43,234 nucleotides of DNA from NCBI GenBank assembly GCA_028288775.1, contig JAQGHP010000048.1:1-43234 (forward strand), written 5' to 3'. Shown piece by piece: positions 41,408 through 43,234 of the stretch. The number at the start of each line of letters is the position of its first letter. Position 1 is the first letter of the stretch. This DNA is from Phycisphaerales bacterium. Its GTDB lineage: Bacteria; Planctomycetota; Phycisphaerae; Tepidisphaerales; Tepidisphaeraceae. The position numbers and the translations under genes were made by a program. The notes under the pieces were generated by a model. It was not told the DNA's origin. It did not search any database and saw only the letters and a list, made by a program, of their open reading frames with translations.

Positions 41408-42598
41408 TTAAGCCGCCGGGTCGAGCACGACTTTCACGCAGTCGTCCTTCTTCTCGCGGAAAATGTGGTAGCCGTACGGCGCCTGGCTGAGGGGGATGCG
41501 GTGCGTGACGACGAAGCTGGGGTCGATCCTGCCCTTGCGGACGAAGTCGAGCAGTTCAGGGACGAAGCGGTGAACGTGGGTCTGGCCGGTCTTGATGGTC
41601 AGGCCCTTGTTCATCAGTGCGCCCAGGGGAATCTTGTTGCCGAACCCGCCGTAAACGCCGGGGATGGAGAGCGTGCCGCCGGGCCGGCAGCATTCGATGG
41701 CCTGGCGGAGCACCGCGGGCCGATCGCTCTCAAGCATCAGGTTGGTCTCGACCTTGTCGTAGACGGTCTCCATGGGCGAGTGCCCGTGCGATTCGAGGCC
41801 GACGGCATCGATGCATACGTCCGGGCCGATGCCCGCGCTCAGATCCATCAGCCGCTCGTACACGTCCTCGGCGCGGTTGTCGATCGTGATCGCGCCGGCA
41901 TCCGCGGCCATCTTCAGGCGGTAGCCCGCGGTCCTTCCATTGTCGATCGCGATCACCTTCCCCGCCCCCAGCAGCATCGCGCAGCGGATCGTAAACTGCC
42001 CGACCGGCCCGCAGCCCCAGACGGCCACCGTGTCGTCCGACTGGATGTTGCAGTGCCACGCGGCCATATACCCGGTCGGGTAGATGTCCGACAGAAATAC
42101 GATCTGATGGTCGTGCAGATCGCCCGGCATTTTCTGGCAGTTCACGTCCGCGAGCGGGACGCGGAGGAACTCCGCCTGCCCGCCGGCGTACCCGCCGGTC
42201 AGGTGCGAGTAACCGAAAACGCCTGAGAGCGTCTGGCCGAACGCCTGCTCTGGAATGTAGGCCTTGACGTTCGTGTTGTCGCAGCAGCTAAAGAGTTGCC
42301 GGCGGCAGAAGAAGCATTCGCCGCACGCGATCGGGAACGGGACGATCACGCGGTCGCCGACCTTCAGCTTGTTCTTGTCCACGTCGGGGCCGACTTCCTC
42401 GACGATGCCCATCGGTTCGTGCCCGAGGATGTCGCCGGGCTTCATGAACGGGACGAACCCGTCCACGAGGTGCAGGTCGGAACCGCAGATGCAGGTTGAC
42501 GTGAGCCGCACGATCGCATCGCGGCGGTTGAGGATCTTCGGATCGGGGACATTCTCGACTTTCACCTTATACGGTGCGCACCAGATTGCTGCTTTCAT
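41408..42598 (-). CDS. zinc-dependent alcohol dehydrogenase (formaldehyde-dehydrogenase-like MDR)
   Basis: AAGGAG lies upstream. CICGSDLH, GHEPMG, structural-zinc CGECFFCRRQLFSCC, and Rossmann VWGCGPVG. Confidence 0.9.
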   Translation of the reverse strand: MKAAIWCAPYKVKVENVPDPKILNRRDAIVRLTSTCICGSDLHLVDGFVPFMKPGDILGHEPMGIVEEVGPDVDKNKLKVGDRVIVPFPIACGECFFCRRQLFSCCDNTNVKAYIPEQAFGQTLSGVFGYSHLTGGYAGGQAEFLRVPLADVNCQKMPGDLHDHQIVFLSDIYPTGYMAAWHCNIQSDDTVAVWGCGPVGQFTIRCAMLLGAGKVIAIDNGRTAGYRLKMAADAGAITIDNRAEDVYERLMDLSAGIGPDVCIDAVGLESHGHSPMETVYDKVETNLMLESDRPAVLRQAIECCRPGGTLSIPGVYGGFGNKIPLGALMNKGLTIKTGQTHVHRFVPELLDFVRKGRIDPSFVVTHRIPLSQAPYGYHIFREKKDDCVKVVLDPAA

Positions 42599-42670
42599 GA
42601 TGTCTCACTCCTTCTTTCGTTATGGCGACGGAGAGTTTTGGAAATTCCGGGCAAGCTGCCGCGACGGCGC

Positions 42671-43234
42671 TCAACGGAAAAACGGCTTCCACTGCGATTC
42701 GGTGTACGGCTTGCCCTCGCCGGTGCAGGTGCCGTGCGGCTGGCCGATGATCGTAAGGATCTCGCCGATCTCCATCAGCCGCTTGAAATTGCGCAGGTCT
42801 TCGCGGATCACGCGCTTGGGGTTGTCGCCCATGAGCGACGCGAGCATGTGCCCGAGCTTGCCGCCAGGCGGCACGTAATCCATCTCCACATGCACCTCAG
42901 TCCCGCGGTCGCCCATCGCCTTCTGGAAGCGGATCTCGCCCATGGTGTCGATGTCGGAGCCCGGCAGCGAGCGCCAGGCGATCGCACGGTTGGGCTCGTC
43001 GCGGGTGATCTCGGCGTCCCATTCCATCCGCTTGCCGCCCATCGACTGCATCCGCGCGACCCAGTGCGATCGGGCGCCCTCCGTCGTGCGGACGGACTCG
43101 AGGTGCGTCATGATCTGCGGCAGGTTTTCGAAGTTGCGCCAAAAACCGTAGAGTTGTTCGGCCGGGCGCTGAATCAACATCGCCTGGGAGATGTGTACGC
43201 CGCGTTCCGCGGCCTGACCTCCCGCGCCCGGAGC
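42671..43234 (-). CDS. SRPBCC (cyclase/dehydrase) family protein; the 5' end lies outside the window
   Basis: The frame stays open upstream of the listed Met to the window edge (..GVHISQAMLIQRPAEQLYGFWRNFENLPQIMTHLESV). Typical Polyketide_cyc2-like start. Confidence 0.8.
   Translation of the reverse strand, partial: APGAGGQAAERGVHISQAMLIQRPAEQLYGFWRNFENLPQIMTHLESVRTTEGARSHWVARMQSMGGKRMEWDAEITRDEPNRAIAWRSLPGSDIDTMGEIRFQKAMGDRGTEVHVEMDYVPPGGKLGHMLASLMGDNPKRVIREDLRNFKRLMEIGEILTIIGQPHGTCTGEGKPYTESQWKPFFR

Noticed and set aside
1-43234. Search for tRNA, rRNA, transposase, integrase, phage or known defence-system genes
   Set aside because: No T-arm/anticodon-arm patterns, rRNA-like conserved blocks, DDE/tyrosine-recombinase motifs or defence-gene signatures were seen. 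The only nuclease-like gene is a solitary Uma2 family protein, which is common and not by itself a defence system.

Overview
This is a GC-rich chromosomal segment that is mostly housekeeping or ordinary accessory genes. I infer a Planctomycetota-like origin from the DUF1501 protein, the PEP-CTERM protein, the PQQ-type beta-propeller and the ERLERRTFL-type N-terminus on the secreted glycosidase. I support 41 coding regions. Recognisable genes are argD-type aminotransferase, clpB, kdpD-kdpE, ogt, a CBM-fused GH29 alpha-L-fucosidase, rnpA-yidD, hemB, a hemolysin-III channel, an ArsR-SRPBCC-VOC operon, and an SRPBCC / Zn-ADH / unknown / HypA-like operon. There are also several secreted, lipoprotein or coiled-coil proteins of unknown function. 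I found no tRNA, rRNA, CRISPR array, transposase, integrase or phage gene, and no clear multi-gene defence or secretion system. The structure that genes do not explain is almost all intergenic. At least five families of palindromic REP/MITE-like repeats are present, and three of them share GGCAC...GTGCC termini. They occur nested inside each other, once as a 60-bp tandem array, and sometimes between genes of an operon (kdpD|kdpE and SRPBCC|VOC). The most unusual single loci are four. First, a near-consensus sigma70 promoter in an AT-richer island drives about 355 nt of structured non-coding RNA ahead of a 72-aa ORF (23868-24476). Second, a signal-peptide protein downstream of kdpDE is built from roughly ten D/E-G-P-P-P-P-P-R-H-like repeats, in a region open in all six frames. 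Third, a coiled-coil gene has its best RBS+ATG out of frame and separated from the main ORF by a TAG. Fourth, an ~800-bp divergent gap has no credible ORF. Most long ORFs antisense to real genes are GC-bias shadows and were rejected.
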